In this document: positions 60,913 through 64,000 of the stretch, one piece after another
Layout: each line of letters opens with the position of its first letter
Position numbering within the stretch: position 1 is the stretch's first letter
DNA from: a virus
Taxonomy: Duplodnaviria; Caudoviricetes
Reading direction: 5' to 3' (one strand)
DNA length: 64,000 bases
Virus record (IMG/VR): IMGVR_UViG_3300037067_013225
Span: 138,678-202,677 of that record
The notes under the pieces: generated by a model
What the model was told of the DNA's origin: nothing
The model's database searches: none
Seen by the model: the letters and a program-made list of their open reading frames with translations, nothing else
Program-made: the position numbers and the translations under genes

Positions 60913-61487
60913 ATTGGGATGGAACATGGATGCGTAAATGGACGCAGGAGTGGGAAGCGGGATGGGGTGCTTCGAATATAATTTTCTTTTTTGGACTATT
61001 CGGGTGGTTTTTCCTTGGGAATATGCTTAGTCAGAGATCTATGGTATCAATCTTATTGCATGGAGGAACAATCATGGAATATATTACAGTATTGGGTTGG
61101 GGAGCATATTTGTGCGTGGGAATATTTTTGCAAGGATATGTGCGCAAATTCATCAACAATGCCAGCTTTTTCGTAGTGTTGACATGGCCCATTATTATGA
61201 TTTGTATATGTGCTAACTTATCTGGGATGTTGATCGAATCTATAAAACATAGTAGAGCCAAGCTCTCAGGGTACGAGAAACAGTTACTAGACAAGCAGGC
61301 GGAACTATCCGAGTGGAAACAGCAACTAGAATATATTAAAAACACAGAAGCTACCGTTAGACAGATCAGTGAAACGCAAACGCAATGCGCACTAATACAG
61401 GAGAAGATTGATGAAGCATTGAATTTGAGATCTTCAGAACATGCCGAAGCCCAACCTCATAAGCAAGGCTCTCTAGAAAGAGCTTGA
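60909..61487 (+). CDS. Membrane protein with C-terminal coiled coil
   Basis: Three hydrophobic segments followed by heptads. Confidence 0.55.
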   Translation: MNWDGTWMRKWTQEWEAGWGASNIIFFFGLFGWFFLGNMLSQRSMVSILLHGGTIMEYITVLGWGAYLCVGIFLQGYVRKFINNASFFVVLTWPIIMICICANLSGMLIESIKHSRAKLSGYEKQLLDKQAELSEWKQQLEYIKNTEATVRQISETQTQCALIQEKIDEALNLRSSEHAEAQPHKQGSLERA

Positions 61488-61512
61488 CAATCGCGCCGTT
61501 TCGTGGTATACT
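61484..61512 (+). promoter_or_regulatory. sigma70-type promoter, leaderless for ORF 61519-61800
   Basis: TTGACA-17-(TGG)TATACT; GTG after 6 nt. Confidence 0.8.
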
Positions 61513-61809
61513 GATATTGTGCTGAGAAAACCTACGGAGTCGATGATGCAGGAAATTGTTAGCCTGTATGATGGCGAAGATAAAATTAGAAAGGATCTTC
61601 TACCGAAAGTCGAAGCGTTGGAGCAGAAAACTCGCGCTATAGCAAATATGTGGATAGATTTCGCTCTAAAAAATAATCTACATATGAGGGATATCCAGCA
61701 GTATTTTGCCGATTCAATGTCGTTGGAATTTGAATCCGCATATCTAAAACGTATTCAAGATCGAAGAAAAGATTGCGGCGTAGCAAAATGGAAAGAATGA
61801 TTTATTAAT

Positions 61810-61880
61810 GAGCCTGTAATTCAATGGTAGAATAGAAAACTTTTAATTTTCCTATAAAGGTTCGATTCCTTTCAGGCTCA
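61810..61880 (+). tRNA. tRNA-Lys(UUU), CCA not encoded
   Basis: Acceptor GAGCCTG/CAGGCTC+A, D arm ATTC/GAAT, anticodon arm GAAAA-CTTTTAA-TTTTC, T arm AAAGG-TTCGATT-CCTTT. Confidence 0.9.
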
Positions 61881-61911
61881 AATATATTTATCATGGGCAT
61901 GATAACAGGTT

Positions 61912-62517
61912 ATGAAAAATAATATGGAGAACGTAATGAAATATTTGATTATTATTTTAGCGTTATTTGTATATGGTTGTGGTGCCGCAAACGATATCGT
62001 TCGCGCGGATAAGGGATTTCCTGCGCCATCTAAGTTGCAGTCTGAGATCGGAGACGAATTTAAGCCATATCAGACTGGTGGAGAATATGTGCGAAATGCT
62101 GATAAATATGGTCGCTTCTTCTACAACAACCTGGGTGAAACGAATGCTTTGCAGCAGAAATTTTCTCCGCTACCTGTACCAGATCCCTTGCCGGAAGGGA
62201 AATCCGCGATAGATTACTACGCTTACTGTGTGTATCGTTTATCAAACGAACCAAAAGATGGTGAACGTTTCATTATTCGGTGGTATAAGGGAGAGGGATT
62301 GGGATATTGGGTGGGTTTATCCAATTGTGCGAAAGATACTTGGGTCTGGACATACATCGACAGGCGCGGGAGCGATAGATATCTAGACATACTAGAGATT
62401 CCTCCCGAATACGTAGATGAGAACAATCATTTCTATATAGCATTGATGATCGTAGAGCCGCCGGTAGAGGGATTGATTTATGTGGGATTCACACCGGAGA
62501 AACAAGATGGAACTTAA
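61912..62517 (+). CDS. Putative lipoprotein
   Basis: MKYLIIILALFVYG-C lipobox-like signal. Confidence 0.6.
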   Translation: MKNNMENVMKYLIIILALFVYGCGAANDIVRADKGFPAPSKLQSEIGDEFKPYQTGGEYVRNADKYGRFFYNNLGETNALQQKFSPLPVPDPLPEGKSAIDYYAYCVYRLSNEPKDGERFIIRWYKGEGLGYWVGLSNCAKDTWVWTYIDRRGSDRYLDILEIPPEYVDENNHFYIALMIVEPPVEGLIYVGFTPEKQDGT

Positions 62518-62598
62518 TTGTGAAGAGTTGGTCGATCTCGGTTCGAGATCGATTGTGGAAGCCGCCATTGATACTGCTAAAGATGACAAGCTAATTCA

Positions 62599-63762
62599 TT
62601 GGGCGGAATATGGGCGGCAATTCAGTTCAGAATCAAGATGGAGCACAAAATGAAATGTCGTAAATGTGATGGACGCGGTTACTACTATAAAGAGGGAAGC
62701 ATTCCCGAATGGGGACGCGGATTGATAACCCTATTTACATGCGGAACCGCATATTTCGGCGATGACAAAATCGCCTGCGATGAATGTACGGGTAGTGGTC
62801 AAGTGGAACAAACAACAGAATCCAATCCTTGGCTCTATGTCAGTATCGGATTAAATATCTTCTTTGTATCAGCGTTAATCATATTGCTAATATGGGTGTG
62901 TGTGAGATGAGTGGTCTATTTTTAACTGTAGCATATGGGGTCGTACCCGTTCCACCCTCACCCGAACCATATCAACCGCAAGCTATTCCTAATCCGTGGT
63001 TCGATAACTCGGATGCCGTTCGTGATGAACGTCGCCGAATTATATCGATTATAGAAAAATATATCAACGATCCAGATATATTGGCACAAATATTTAAGGA
63101 TATCGCGAATGAGTAAAACTTCCAAACAGATCGGATTTACCACAGTCAAGACGATTCTTCACACATATGATAATGGTGTGCAGATTGTGGAAACACGCAC
63201 CTCGAATGAAGATGAACAAACATCCACATATTTTGTGACGGACGGCAAAGAATACCTGGATCGCCAAAATCGATATCTTTTTATACCGCCACCCAACCAA
63301 TTCTTGTTAGAAAAGGCGAAAAAGGGCAATCTGGATGATATTCGCACATTGGAGGCAGTTTCGGTACTGGCGTGCGAATTAATTAAACGCGATATCATAG
63401 ACAGAAAATGCCTCTTCGATATACAGACGTTTAATGATGGATTTATTTATCCATGGGCATCCGAAATGCCCCTAAACACGCCTTTACATCTCTTGACAGC
63501 ATCTCAACAATATCGGCGCAAAAGCTTGTTGAAATATTGGGCTGATATGCCCCAAAACGGTGTTATATCGGTAAATATCGTTGAGGAAATTACCCAATCG
63601 GATGATTACAGGGATACTATCTGGAATTTAGAGGTTTGTCTATCTGATGAGCTATTCGAGCAATTATTCAATGAAGTTGGCAGAGATATCGAGCAGCGAC
63701 TCCGATATGATAAACGGGATTTTTTGGGATTGTTACAATGCGCAAAGGATGAGGATGATTAA
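62599..63762 (+). other. Hypothetical genes (Zn-finger membrane protein to 62910, to 63116, 63109-63762)
   Basis: Contiguous ORFs; CxxCxGxG repeats in the first. Confidence 0.55.
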
Positions 63763-64000
63763 TCGTGTCTTTCCTGATACGATATCTTGGGTTGTTTTTA
63801 GATTATATTTCCGATCATCTTGCACCATTGTGCGTTTGTTGGGGCGAGGGGCAAGATCTCACCTGGGGAAATCTCGAAATATATGAGGAACACTGTCGCG
63901 AATGCGGAGGAAAGCTAAAGCGGCAATGGTATGATATGGGAGATCAACCATTGGAACGTCGATGTAGGGCATTTCATTGCACATCATTGTTGGTTTATGA

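Noticed and set aside
1-64000. Stop-codon reassignment or prophage status
   Set aside because: Long genes are intact in the standard code and end in TAA, TGA and TAG; no integrase, att site or host-like operon is visible.

Overview
64-kb slice of a large lytic-type dsDNA bacteriophage (dense, short, overlapping genes; standard genetic code; no integrase, rRNA or CRISPR array). It spans the end of a probable virion gene (<1-2045), a leftward arm (2085-24359) and a mostly rightward arm (24445-end), split at a back-to-back sigma70-type promoter pair. Recognisable genes: DnaE, AEP primase, DnaB, a degenerate DnaC-like loader, Rad52-like annealase, RecA, RuvB, SbcCD, PD-(D/E)XK and HNH nucleases, split class II RNR, IMPDH/GMP reductase, Nudix, deaminase, HD hydrolase, adenine MTase, macrodomain, sigma factor, ClpP-like protease, a MoxR AAA+/VWA pair, two glycosyltransferase-like genes and tRNA-Lys(UUU). 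The main finding is that at least 22 mostly unrelated proteins end in the same C-terminal hexapeptide, hydrophobic-x-[E/M]-I-D-F-stop. It is encoded with synonymous codon variation and all three stop codons, so it looks like a protein-level tag or docking system that I cannot match to a described pathway. Other signals: a roughly 10-fold over-represented heptamer GGCTCTA/TAGAGCC (62 copies counted by eye); a five-member mosaic paralogue family with a hypervariable Ala-rich segment; a candidate -1 ribosomal frameshift; a promoter- and terminator-bounded structured ncRNA candidate; and many leaderless promoters. All annotations come from visual motif recognition; no database searches were run.
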